A stretch of 63,946 bases of DNA, filler included, from Neolecta irregularis DAH-3 (lineage: Eukaryota): NCBI GenBank assembly GCA_001929475.1. It is 8 parts of 8 records of this genome, joined end to end, with 100 filler letters (N's around TTAATTAATTAA, not from the genome) between each part and the next. Parts side by side here need not be neighbours in the genome. Positions count along the whole stretch, not along the records: positions 1 to 23,814 come from LXFE01003415.1; positions 23,915 to 27,122 come from LXFE01003431.1; 6 more parts are not named here. The stretch is one strand, 5' to 3'. Below are positions 12,423 through 24,202 of this stretch, piece by piece. The notes below the pieces were generated by a model. It was not told the origin of the DNA, ran no database searches, and saw only the letters and a program-made list of their open reading frames with translations. The stretch's first letter is position 1, and the number at the start of each line of letters is the position of its first letter. Made by a program: the position numbers and the translations under genes.

Positions 12423-12622
12423 TCAAAAGGTCAAACGCGGAATTCCCGTACCAACTTCTTCTTCTGGATCTTTCCTTCCAGCCTGCTTGCATGAATCGCA
12501 TATCTAAAGATCCATCAGTGGGTGCCAAGGGGGAAAAAAGGGGGTGTCTGGAATACCGTCCACTTGACAGGAACGATCTTGCCGCATCCCGGGATTTTAC
12601 AGATGTACCGTTGCTCAACCAT
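12423..12622 (-). CDS. Putative 48-aa C4 zinc-finger microprotein (copy B)
   Basis: Exons 12622-12557 and 12503-12423 joined by a 53-nt GT-AG intron with CTGAT branch give MVEQRYICKIPGCGKIVPVKWTICDSCKQAGRKDPEEEVGTGIPRLTF. Confidence 0.6.
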
Positions 12623-13563
12623 ACTGATGGATGTGATAGAGAATTTGAATAAGTTTAATTCGCGGAATGGAAATGGCGAATTTTTTGCGAATGAAGAGAA
12701 TCCAAGAGCAGGAAAGGAATGAGGGCTTATAAAACATGCCAACCGGGCGGGGTTCCATACCCGCCCGCCAGAAGCTTGAATTACGGGTCGAATGATGACT
12801 CGGTGCCTTTTGACAAGCTGAGCTCGGACTGCAATCTAGCCATCGCTAGCTTCAGTAAGGCTGTCACACAACCCAACGATTTCTTGATTGAATCGGCACA
12901 AGTTGTTTCAACTTGAATGACTTTAATTCCGATTTTTAGAGCCTAGGCAAAGCATTAGTTTTGTTAAATGAGGGGATTTTACGGGATTTCCCTGAGTTTA
13001 AAGATCGTTGATCGCCTGTGTTGCTCATTTCCTATCCGCTATCTTTTTCTTTGTTGTTTTGCTTGCTCGTTCTCCCCCTTGTGTGGGGTTTCAGGGGACA
13101 TTCCAGTGACGTGCGAAATGTCGCGATATCAACTGGGCCGTACCAGATTGGTGATCTCACCGCTGATCAGTCTCAAACTTAATCAATCTACCAAACACTT
13201 GTTTTTTCCACTCGGGGGTTGACAAGTTGGAGGGATTCCCTATAGCCTATGCAAGCAAGTTTCTTTTTGTTTTCAATAAAAATTTGGAAATACAAATTAG
13301 AGCCGCGTTGAGCTAATTACCAAGTTGCCCACCGGCCCGGTCGAGGACTACAATCAGCTGACAAGCTATTATTGAGAGCTTCTATAAATGATCGAATTTC
13401 ATAAAAGTCATTTATAACATTAATAAAGTTTGCATTGGGAGCACGCAACTTGGCACGGTCGTGGCGTGGCGTAAAGAGGAATTGGCAATTATCTAAAAGA
13501 CAATGAAACTATTTGAATGCTCAAACCGTTTTTCCTTATCGTGGCCACGTCTAGCCCAATTTG

Positions 13564-16435
13564 TTATCTCTGTGTCTCTCCCATTTCTTCACGTTTCTCG
13601 CATTTGTCTTCTTGCATGAATATATCTTCGTTATCATGTTGCACAGACATCTGTGCAATCTGCTCCTCGAAAAAATCTCGTTCAAGTTTGGTATGGTATC
13701 CAAGCGCTTTCATTCCACTAGGATATCGACGAACGTTGTATCCTTCGATTACTGCTCTCAAAGCATGCTCTTGAGGCTAAATCCTGTAAACTTGGTCGCA
13801 AAATATTTGCGCTTACCAAAGCATCATCAATGTCAGCTTCAACATCCAGCCCTGAAAGCCAATCTTCTCTCAAATCAGGCCGGCAATGCAAATATATAGA
13901 GGTGATTACTCGCATATTGCTTGACCTCCATTTCCGTCCACAGTAAGGGATTTGACCTTTAGTAATTTTGAGAACATATAACCGCAAGTCATCTTGTGCA
14001 ACTTTCAAGGGCTTTCTGAGGATTTGCTGGTAAAGGGTTAGCCAAAAGCCTTTTGGGATAAAGGGATACCCAGGATTTGTACTGGACAAGGATCAGATTA
14101 CGATGTGCCTTTTTTTTCACCAACTTTTGCAAAATACGAAGAAAATTGATCGATGTAAAGAATAGCCGAGATGAGTATTCGGTAATGAGAGTTTGGTCCT
14201 CATCGGTAGTGGATGGAGTGATGGCGATACCACCATTTGGTTTGAGGAGCTCTGGTTCAGATTGTTGTGGATTAATTGGAGAGTGACAATTCTGTGAATG
14301 ATTGCTACAAACCTGAAAAAAACTGTTGGTCAGTATAATCTTTGGAAATGGGTGATTACTTGGACTCTTTCATCTCGCATGTTTCTATAATCGAAGTCGA
14401 CAAGTCTTGAAGACCAAAGACTTTAAGTAACAGTAAAGGACATCTTGAATCAACAAGAAGTTGGCTTAAGAACTCAAATTTGAGAACATCTCGTGATTAG
14501 CCTCAGTCGAATAATTTTGCAAACGTGAAACTCGAAACCACTTCAAGAGAAGGAGGATAATCCCAGATATTGCTTTCATTGTAACTTCTCTTGTCCGAAT
14601 GTCATCAATTTCATCCAACGTCAAGCGTCCTTGGCTTTCTCCGCCTTCTTCGGCATCTATGTGATCAGATGAAGCACTCCTCATAAGTAGATACCTTCTT
14701 GAATTGGGCTCAATTGAGGAACATTGACTGCTGCCAAAAGCACTTTCAGCAAGACCACAACACAACTTTGCAAATGCGGAAGACTCGACTTCTGCAAACT
14801 TAAAAAGAAAAAGCTGAGAGTTGACGCACATAAGTTTCTTCAACTATGCGTAGCTTTATTGCTTCAGGGGAGTCGTCCTTATTCTCCGATTCATCGTCCA
14901 CAGGATCAATCCATCCTCTTTCAGTTTTCAGAAAGATATCTTGCTCTTTCCAAAGTTGAAAAGTGGCCAGTGACATATTGAGGCGACTATGAAACAGCTC
15001 TCCGGCTTCTTTGATACTAAATGGAATCGATTCATTGATTTCGTCGGTGATTGGAAATAAAAACGGCATATTCTGGTCAGTTTGGAAACTTTGTTTCTTG
15101 AGTTTCGGCGAGTTAGAGGGAGAGGGTGCAGCTGACGGCATAGGTGTAGCAAGATAGGTATTATTCAGGAGAGGCAGTTCTTTGGGTCGTGAAGCATAAT
15201 CAGTATAGGATGGCGTAATAGTGGTTGCGTCAAAGTCGATAGGTAGACAAGGGGGTGGGGGTTGACAGGACGGATATTTTGAAATGACTTCTTGGCGATA
15301 AATGTGATAATCGAGAGGGGATGCGGTTATGATGTCTTTGGGAAGTTCCTGAGGCAGACCTGCTCGTCGCCGTGCATACTCTTTAGTCTTTAAAAGTTCT
15401 GTGCGCCCACCGAGCATGGCGAGAATGGTCTTCCATAATACCAGGAATATCTGTAAAATGAGGGAGAGTGGGATATAATGCTTGCCTGTCGAACTGGATA
15501 ATCTGTCCCCGACTTCCATCGTAATATGCCCACCATTTCTATAAAGTATGGGAGTATTGCAGGCTGTAACGCATCTGGCAGCATCAGCAAACTGGAGCAT
15601 CTATATGTGTACACAATCCATCTCGAAAACTTTGGTCTGTCCTGAGTACTTCGAGCATAAAGTACATAACGGTAAGGTGCAAGACCATTTCTAGTCGGCA
15701 CGAGCTACGCTTCTGGGAAGCTTCTTGAGAGAAATCGTCTTCTTCTGTAGCACTATGGTAAGGGTCTATACATGGTAGAGTAGTTCGATACCTTTCCCAG
15801 AAGATTTCGCATGTGTTTCTAAAGGACTGATAAGTCTTGTAAAAAACGGATCGACTGTGAAAATGTCTAGCGTTCTCCGTGATCCAATGAAACTGATGCT
15901 CTGGTGCCGTTGACTCGCCAAACACGCCTGAGACCTAAATATATGCCCTGCAGCCAGAATCTGTACCACCGACGACATATAACAGAAGCATGCCGGCATG
16001 GATTCTATCTGCCTGTTCTGACGACTGCAACTGTTGCAAGAGATCGTCGATGTAGCTGGAGCGGGTGTCTATGGAGCTCTTTGACCAGACTAGCGTGTTG
16101 GGATGTGTAGGAAAGGGGTGAGTACCTCCATATCTGCCTTCGTATTCCTGCTTTGCTTCCAAGAGGATCTCGTTGTCTCCATAGCTGAACCATTCTTGCA
16201 GTTCGGCCTTGAGGCTGTCGGTGTCCTCGTACTTGTAGGCGTAAAGAGGCAGCTGTCCGTTCAGCGCCTAGGTTGTTGCACCTCGGGCTACCTTTGGCCG
16301 CGGAGTCTGGGCGACGAGTCTCCGCAGCTGGCCCAGCGTGAGCGAGTCGCGGAGTGTGTCTGGGTCGCCAGCAGCATCGAACAGCGGGGCATTTGCATTC
16401 TGGATCACAGCCCGCAGGCCGTTGGTGCCGTTCAT
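13564..16435 (-). CDS. FAR11: STRIPAK subunit Far11/STRIP (N1221-like)
   Basis: [91 protein letters not shown]; about 12 introns including GC-AG 15485-15451. Confidence 0.93.
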
Positions 16436-16513
16436 GGATGGCTGTGTCACGTGATGGCACGCTGGTGGTGGAGCGAGGTGGTGAGCAGCGGGGCGGCGGG
16501 ACAGCGTCTGCCC

Positions 16514-16606
16514 ATGCTGCACAACCAGGGCTACTATACGCCCGACACCTGGACCAGGAATACCGCGCAGCAGCAGCAGCAGCAGGCAGTGCATGCCGCA
16601 CATGCA

Positions 16607-16640
<34 letters not shown>

Positions 16641-17603
16641 AGCCTGGCGCGGCGGACGACAAAAAGATCTATGCGTGGATCGGCGAGCTCGTGGCGGGCG
16701 GGCAAAAGGAAACTGCGCTGCTCGAGCTGAGCAAGAAGCGCGAACACTTTGCGGATCTGGCGCTGGTGCTGTGGAACTCGTTTGGCAGGCTTTGCGGGTG
16801 GCTGCTGCTGACTGTTGCAGGCGTCATGACGAGTCTGCTGCAGGAAATCCTCAGTGTGTATCCGCTGCTCAGCCCGCCCAATCTCGGCGCACACTCCAGC
16901 AACCGCGTCTGCAACGCCCTTGCCCTGCTGCAGTGCGTCGCCTCCCATCCAGAAACACGCAGCGCCTTCCTCAACGGTAGACGCCCCCGCCTTTTCTTTT
17001 CTTTTTCCCCCGCTGACCACCCGCAAGCCCACATCCCGCTCTTTCTCTATCCGTTCCTCAACACTACCTCCAAAACTAGACCCTTTGAGTATCTCCGTCT
17101 CACCTCTCTCGGCGTCATCGGCGCCCTCGTCAAAAACGACAGCGCAGAAGTCATCTCCTTCCTTCTTTCCACAGAAATAATCCCTCTCTGTCTTCGAATC
17201 ATGGAGACCGGATCAGAGCTTTCCAAGACCGTCGCCATCTTTATCGTGCAGAAAATACTCCTAGACGACATGGGCTTGGAGTATATATGTGCTACCTACG
17301 AACGATTCTATGCCGTCGGAACAGTCCTGAGCACCATGGTCCAGCAACTGATTCAAAACCAGGCCGTTAGGCTCTTAAAACATGTCGTTCGATGCTACCT
17401 CCGACTGAGCGACAACCCCAGGTATATTATTGTAGAATATCCTCGATTCATATTTTAGAGCCCGAGAAGCATTACGTCAATGTCTGCCAGAACCACTCAG
17501 AGACGCCACGTTCAGTCAGGTTCTCAAGGATGACATTGGAACAAAACGCTGCCTCGCCCAATTACTCTTGAATCTATCTGACCAGGTGGTGAACGAGAAT
17601 TAG
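16514..17603 (+). CDS. CAF40: CCR4-NOT subunit Rcd1/Caf40/CNOT9
   Basis: [50 protein letters not shown]; 3 introns (first is GC-AG, 16785-16820); N-terminal polyQ. Confidence 0.96.
16568..16642 (+). repeat. CAG/CAA microsatellite encoding polyglutamine in Caf40
   Basis: Two CAG-rich tracts encoding Q6 and Q11. Confidence 0.9.
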
Positions 17604-18161
17604 CTCATCGTCTACATATTAGAGGTGTAGTCTGTTGTCGCACATTATGTATGAAATTGGGGGCATCGCTGTTCATTGGTGGGGGGTGTTCTTTGGCATC
17701 TGAAAAACTGTACTTGTTTCTTATTTCTTCCTTGTTTTGTAGATACAGGTAGCATCATACAGTAGCGAGAGAGTCGGAGGCAAAATTTGATACCCATATT
17801 AATCAAATAGTAGCTGCTTGGCTGCGTTCACCATAACCCCTGTGAATGAGCCTATGGGCAATGGCCACACCTGCTACTAAGCGAAAAATGACTCTGGTGC
17901 ATATTTTAAAAAACAAAAGGGTGCATTGCACGCACTGATATCCTGGAAATTGTTTTACCATACCATAGTCTCTCCAAAAATCCGGACTAATATCTAGCAC
18001 TTTGACTAGATCTTCGTTTCACGAAGGTTTCAAGATCCATGGTGACACAAAGGCTCGGGGAAGCAAAAAGTATATAAACCGTGCCGTATCATAGGTACTT
18101 CTCGTTAATCAACCTTTATTCATTTTGCCCAGGCGGTTATATCTCGTTCCCTCTTGCAACA

Positions 18162-18942
18162 ATGCTCTTCAATATGATTTTTCTCGCCCTGGTGGCATCT
18201 TTCTCAATGGCTAGTAAGCATACAAGGCCGGGTCCCAAGTTGATCATGCAGTTCCTGTATCTCCAGTAAAACCTACCTCTGTTTCATCTGCACTTTCTCC
18301 TTCCGTGACTTTGACTTCTCAAGGGGGACTTCCTGCAGACATCAACAACCCTACTGACGGAACAGGTATGTAATTTCTCTTTTGGGGATTCTGAAAATAG
18401 ATACCGTAAAACCGCACTGCCCCAGAAAAGTTGGGGGGTTGTTATTCGGGATTGGTCAAGATCAAGGTCAATACTTGTCCTTGAGAGACGATAAATTTCC
18501 CAAATGTGTCGCCTTGGGGTCCGCAAAGGAGGGTTGCATTGACAGTCTTGATAAGGAAACTGGAACCGCGAAAGTCACTATTAAAGGCGAGAACCAAGTT
18601 CAACGGCGTGACATTCAAAAGGCTGAACAAGTCTCGAAGGCGTGTGATATTGTTCTTGTTGCTGGTGAGTATGTTTCCTGTGGGGATATGTTTCTTTTCG
18701 CGGTACCCACCCAAGTGGAAAAAGGAGCGGTTCCTCTTGGCGTTTCGGAAGTTGGCAAGAATGGTCCTAAGGAAACCGAGTTTTCTCCCGGGGAAGGAAG
18801 TCAATTTACTAGCGACGAATTGGGTGATAAGGAGGTCCCTGCGGATACCAAAGAGCCGGCTGCAATTCCCGTTGAATCGAAAGAAACCAAGTTAGAGCCT
18901 GAAGCAAAAGGGCAGGCAGGCTTGGATCCCCTCGACGGATAG
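18162..18942 (+). CDS. Orphan small secreted protein (Cys-containing core, acidic tail)
   Basis: TATATAAA at 18071; signal peptide MLFNMIFLALVASFSMA; two clean GT-AG introns (GTAAGC, GTATGT) join it in frame to the 18382-18942 ORF. Confidence 0.7.
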
Positions 18943-19075
18943 AAAGTATCCGTAGCAAGGGAAGGAGGTCATTAGTGTTTAGGAGTATACATTGAGTTTG
19001 CAGGTCATAAAATTGAAAACGGTGGTTGATTGAATACACCAAATTTTTCCTCAATTACGTGCCAACATTGATAGA

Positions 19076-19370
19076 ATGCTCAATTTGTCATCCCAATCCC
19101 GAGTATGCTTTATACTACTGAATATGGAGTGACCGCTGCTTTAGGCCCGTATTACTCGTTTGATCGACGTGGCTCGATTTGCAGTTCATTATGGATATAT
19201 ACCAGCTATCATCCTAATTGGTAATAATACTCATCGTATCAGAAACGTCGACTGATTAAATACAGGGACTCTTCGAGCTGAATCCAGACCGAATTTATTC
19301 AAGTAACTCGCTCAGGTGGAGAAAATATTTCGTTGACATGAATAGACTTCTTAATCCGATTGCCCAATAA
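19076..19370 (+). CDS. TOM7: Tom7 (54 aa, 4 exons; absent from the ORF track)
   Basis: Spliced MLNLSSQSRARITRLIDVARFAVHYGYIPAIILIGTLRAESRPNLFKLLNPIAQ matches the Tom7 HYGYIP..L.G..LLNP signature. Confidence 0.92.
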
Positions 19371-19512
19371 GTGGACCATTGTTTTTGAGATATTAGATTA
19401 GGAAGGAGAGGTCCCTGTATTTTCTTTTTTTAATAATCTTCTGGGAGATGAGTATAAGCATTCTTTTGAAGATGTCGGCTTTTTGATTCTCAACCATCTC
19501 AGTACCTACCTT

Positions 19513-19922
19513 ATGGATCCCAACGATGATCTTGCCCATGCAGAATTAATATCCTCGATAAATAGCATTCTGTCCAAGCTGCTTGAATTACGTCCACAAA
19601 TCTTGGAAACCTTGCAAGCCTTGTAAGTTTGAAAGACACCGGGATTACCTAATCCACTTTCAGAGAATCGTCTCAACTCCCCCCCGAATCAGCTATTCAA
19701 CAACGAACAGACTTCATCGAGGCAAGCATCAGAGCAATTTTAGAAGAAGCGATAGCCACGGGAGTTGCGGCACTGCCTCTTGATGTCGATTTGAACGCGT
19801 TGGGGATGGACGGATTAATTCAAAGTCAAATTGATGGAGCAGTAGAAGCCCACAGACAAGAAGAAAGTATACGGAAGAAGGCACTAGATGCAAAGAGACT
19901 CATTTTAAATATATCAAGGTAA
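19513..19922 (+). CDS. Hypothetical helical protein (about 120 aa, 2 exons)
   Basis: MDPNDDLAHAELISSINSILSKLLELRPQILETLQAL joined through a GTAAGT..CTAAT..CAG intron to ESSQLPPESAIQQRTDFIEASIRAILEEAIATGVAALP...NISR*. Family not recognised. Confidence 0.65.
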
Positions 19923-20015
19923 AAAGGTTCATGTTACGACTTGTGATGAAGCAAGGATAAACAGACATGACAAACTATCATACAATCTTATTATGTGTTT
20001 TTTTGACCTTTTGCA

Positions 20016-20980
20016 TTACCCAACCAACTGAAAATTACCACTCAATATCATTTTTTTCAGCTCCGAGATCTGTGCTTGCTGAGCAGCTCCCAAGCTCGCA
20101 ATTTGCTCCTCTTTTAATCCCATGATTTGCGTGACTACTTCCTGACCCAAGTTAATTTTTCACAAATGAATAAGAAATACCCTCGACAGCTGTGGCAAAG
20201 CTGCAGGTTGAGCTTGTTGTTGCTGCTGAACTGGTTGCTGGGGAGGTTGTTGAGATGTTTGACCGACACTCTTTACAACAGACTGTAACACATTGGGATG
20301 AACGAGATTCATCATTAATAAGGCTTGGAACACGGCATAAGCAAGCTGCGGATTCGTGCATAAAAATTGGGAAGCTTGATCTGGGGACACCATAGCAATC
20401 TGTTTTAGCTGGGCAATAATTTCAATGAGTTGGGGAGGAGAAAATGAAGAAAGAGTCCGCTTAATTGCATCCATTGCAGTTTCCCCGGGATTAGGAGCGG
20501 TTCCGGGTGGCTGTTGTAACTGTGGTTGTTTCTGCTGAGGGGCTTCACGGGCTGACTTTGCAGTTTCATTATCAGCATAATCAACTCGTAGCTGTCGGCC
20601 ATTTATATCATAGTTGTTGAGATTTCGAACGGCAGATGCGGCGGTTTCAGGATCTGGGTCATGTTAGGTGGGATCTGTTAGAAGCATACCGTGATATTCG
20701 CAGAACCCGTAGCCTTTGCCTTTTCCAGTATCTCGGTCAAATAAAAGCCTAAAGATGTTAGCATTTGTCTTTTAACATGCTCTGAACCGAAAATTAGCTA
20801 CGGGGCCAACCTCTGCGATTTAATAAACACTGCACTCGTTTCAAGGATACCATACCGTTAAAAATATCAGTCAATTGTTGCTCAGTTAAATCATAGGGAA
20901 TGTTGCCAACTAAAAATCCATATTAGATTCCAGACATAGAGGGAGATTTCTGTACCGAAAACTACTTTTAGCCGTGACAT
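20016..20980 (-). CDS. RNA15: Cleavage/polyadenylation factor Rna15/CstF-64
   Basis: RRM VVFVGNIPYD..FDRDTGKGKGYGFCEY..SAVRNLN; hinge NPQLAYAVFQALLMM; C-terminal domain; 5 introns. Confidence 0.93.
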
Positions 20981-21361
20981 GGAGTTTTTGGATGTGGATT
21001 TCTACCTCCATTAATCTCAAATGCCATTTCCTATCGAGCTTTTCACAGGAGAAATAAACGCAATACATATACATACAAAATGATTTCAAATGGGTTTAAA
21101 GAAACAATACTATGACATTTTAATGTTAAAAATGATGCAGATGCAGCCAAGATCCTGAAGAACCCTGTATACCTCTGCTTTGGATTTTATATCAGGAAAT
21201 CGATTAATTATATAAATCCTATAATTCTTGGCCTATAAAAACACGAAATTCTCGCTATTGGACTAGCGGAATTATTTTGTCGTGAGTCTCAACGTCATGG
21301 CTAAACGACACTGTCTTCGAGAACGATTTTCCCTGGTATCCAGGCAATAAAATGATACAAG

Positions 21362-22318
21362 ATGAGCGATGATGAGAAGAATAAAATATTTGAGAATGAG
21401 GTAGACGACGATGCTAGTCAATTCGAATCTCCAACCAAGAAACCATTGTCTTCGTTCGCTAATATGCTTGACTTGGATGCCTTCAAATATACCTCAAATA
21501 GTCATAGATCAANNNNNNNNNNCGAGAATGAGGTAGACGACGATGCTAGTCAATTCGAATCTCCAACCAAGAAACCACTGTCTTCGTTCGCTAATATGCT
21601 TGACTTGGATGCCTTCAAATATACCTCAAATAGTCATAGATCAACTCGTTCTACCTCTCAAATTCGACTAAACCGCAACTCTACCCCTAAATCTTCATCG
21701 CCATACGCTAAATCTCCTCGAAAATCGCCTCGCAACTATGCTGCTCCACAGGTTTATGCCCACCTTCCCCAATCAGTTCCCGATATCATTGCGCCCAACC
21801 TGCACCTTTTAATAATCGGGTTAAATCCTGGTGTCGCAACGGCCAAAGCGGGGCATGTTTTCTCAGGTCCGAATAATCACTTTTGGCCATTGTTGTACGA
21901 AAGTGGAATTACACCTGTACAGTTGCATCCCTCTGAAGATAGGAGATTACTAGATTATGGATGCGGTGTCACAAATATAATAGATCGACCAACTACTGAA
22001 GCTTCAGAATTGTCTAAAACGGAATTAGTAGAAGCTGTACCGAGACTCTTTCAAAAGATCAAATTGTACCAGCCTAAATCGATTTGTGTTTTGGGAAAGA
22101 GTATCTGGGACGCGATTGAGAAGCACGAAAGTGGACGGTACCCCGGGAAGGATTTTCGGTATGGCTGGCAACGAGATATTGACAGAGTTGGAGTTTTCGT
22201 GATAATGAGTACTAGTGGAAGAGTTGCCTGTTACAAGAAGCAAGATAAGTTGAATCTTTTTTTGGAGATGGCTGCTTGGTTAAACAAGGAACGGCAAAAA
22301 GAACAAGGCCCCATATAA
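21362..22318 (+). CDS. thp1: Mismatch-specific uracil/thymine DNA glycosylase (TDG/MUG/Thp1)
   Basis: IIGLNPG, GHVFSGPNNHFW and MSTSG motifs; the 5' part is duplicated across a 10-N gap. Confidence 0.92.
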   Translation: MSDDEKNKIFENEVDDDASQFESPTKKPLSSFANMLDLDAFKYTSNSHRSXXXXENEVDDDASQFESPTKKPLSSFANMLDLDAFKYTSNSHRSTRSTSQIRLNRNSTPKSSSPYAKSPRKSPRNYAAPQVYAHLPQSVPDIIAPNLHLLIIGLNPGVATAKAGHVFSGPNNHFWPLLYESGITPVQLHPSEDRRLLDYGCGVTNIIDRPTTEASELSKTELVEAVPRLFQKIKLYQPKSICVLGKSIWDAIEKHESGRYPGKDFRYGWQRDIDRVGVFVIMSTSGRVACYKKQDKLNLFLEMAAWLNKERQKEQGPI

Positions 22319-22613
22319 ATCAATCAATGGTAACCAACATGAAAATAGTGTCCCGGTAAGGGTGCCTGCAAGGTATCGGGAAAGAACACGAAAGGGGAAT
22401 CAGACTGCCAAGGTTTCTCGAAAGCAAATAGTGCAGACAGATAGATACAAGCACACTGTACTAAAGATGTTTCACAGCCCATATAGCATTTCATGACCGC
22501 CTAAAACACATATTCTAAAGACAAAAAAGGAGACCACATCAGTTTATGAACTACCCGTCGTGAACTAAACCTAGAAACAAGGTGCGCGCAACCAAATGAG
22601 GGGTTGAAAGGAT

Positions 22614-23755
22614 CTACTGCGCGTCACTTAGGAGAAACTCTATTGCTCCTTGAACGCTTCCTCCGCTTCTCCTTAGGGCAGCTACATTTCTATCGAATTC
22701 GCAAAAACCCATGTCGTTTAGTTGGCGTAGTTGTGATTCATAACGTTCTTCTGGAGGCCGATTGTCGACTGGCCCGCCGAATGTACCTCCTTCGAGTAAA
22801 CTTTGAAGATTTGGCAGGGAGAAATTTTGGGGGCCGAGGTTTGGAGCACCGGCGGGAACTTCGGTTCCCGGGGTGGACATGGCGAGTATTTGACGCATGA
22901 ATGCAGGGTCAAGGCCGCCGAGGTTTGGAAGGCGGGGAAGATTTTGAGATTGCTCGTTTGGTGGTGCTGGTGCTGTTGCTGTTGCTGTTGGTGATGTGGT
23001 TGTAGTTGTAGTTGCTGTTGCTGTAGAGTCTGGATCTGGGGGTTGATTGACGACGCCTGGGGCCGGAAAGGCAGCCCGCATTTGATCGGGGCCACCCATT
23101 GCCGACTCGAACTGGCTCATCTGGCGGAGGACATTTGGGTCAAACAGCATATTCCGAAAGTTTTCGTTCTGCAGGAGATTGCGCATGTGGGGGGGCAGGC
23201 CTGCGCTGTGGATCAGATGGTCGACAAAGGCTGGGTCTGAGAGCATAGCGTTCATGGACTCTCTGAAACCGGGTTGGGTGGCCATTTCTTCCAGGTTTTC
23301 TGAACCTCCGCCAAAGGACAGCCCGCCGTCGGGGCCGAAAGCCTCGCGGGAGGGCATTGGCAGGTTGTAGCCGGCATAGCGGGCGCCGGTGAGGGCGGCA
23401 AAGGGGTTTGCGCTGCCCTGGCCGGACTGGATGTTGGCCGAGCTGGGGACGGCGGCGGCGGCGGCGGCGGGCTCGTGCTGGGCGGCGGCCCTGACCATGT
23501 GGATGGTGTGGCCCGACTTGATCTTGCGGCGTGAGTACAGACACGGCGCAGGCGCACCTTGTAGGAGGCGAGCGAGTCGTCGTCCTTGAGCACGCGGCCC
23601 GAGTAGATGAGCCGCTGCCGGTCGGCGGGATACGCAGGGTCGCGCGCGGCGATCAGCGCCTTGAGATCGAGGACCGTCTTTGCGGCATCGATGGCGACGG
23701 GGATCTTGGTGTCGTGGGGCGCCTTGATCGAAAGGCTGAGCAGCTCGGCAGACAT
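22614..23755 (-). CDS. DSK2: Ubiquilin (UBL-STI1-UBA)
   Basis: QRLIYSGRVLKD..YKIKSGHTIHMV (one 35-nt intron), LTGARYAG, PPEERYESQLRQLNDMGF..NVAALRRSGGSVQGAIEFLL. Confidence 0.95.
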
Positions 23756-23814
23756 GGGCGGGCGGGGCGGGAGGAGCGGGCGGGCGGAGGGCAGGCTGGC
23801 CCGCGCGGCCCAAA

Positions 23815-23914
23815 NNNNNNNNNNNNNNNNNNNNNNNNNNNNNNNNNNNNNNNNNNNNTTAATTAATTAANNNNNNNNNNNNNNNNNNNNNNNNNNNNNN
23901 NNNNNNNNNNNNNN
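23815..23914. other. Artificial contig linker (N44-TTAATTAATTAA-N44); also at 27123-27222, 30114-30213, 31630-31729, 37779-37878, 49484-49583 and 61301-61400
   Basis: Identical 100-nt spacer with stops in all six frames, repeated 7 times. Confidence 0.97.
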
Positions 23915-24074
23915 AGGCGGGACTAGCGAGGCGGGCGAGTCGGGCAGGACGAGTGAGGCGGGCGGGACAGGCGGGACGAGCGAGTCGGGCGGGTGAGAAG
24001 GGAGAGGCGGCAGAGTCGGGCGGGCGAGTCGGGCGAGTCGGGAGAGGCAGGAGAGTCTGGCGGGCGAGATGCGA

Positions 24075-24130
24075 GAGGCGGGAGAGGCGGGAGAGGCGGG
24101 AGAGGCGGGAGAGGCGGGAGAGGCGGGAGA
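24075..24130 (+). repeat. 9-bp tandem repeat (GAGGCGGGA) x6, hAT subterminal
   Basis: Directly visible perfect array. Confidence 0.9.
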
Positions 24131-24202
24131 GCTGCTCTAAATAGTATTTCTAATATCAAATGAAAAAGCCGTCTTGGCCCATGGTACAACACTGAGAAGA
24201 AC

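Noticed and set aside
16005-17032. Long overlapping ORFs around the FAR11/CAF40 starts, including a 451-aa CAF40 from 16103
   Set aside because: By-products of high GC and CAG repeats; recognisable homology begins at 16514 (+) and 16435 (-).
21392-21644. Apparent 40-aa tandem duplication in the TDG N-terminus
   Set aside because: The copies flank a 10-N gap and differ by about one base, typical of an unmerged contig overlap.
23859-23870. Recurrent TTAATTAATTAA palindrome (7 copies) as a biological motif
   Set aside because: Always centred in identical N-runs; a six-frame-stop scaffolding linker.
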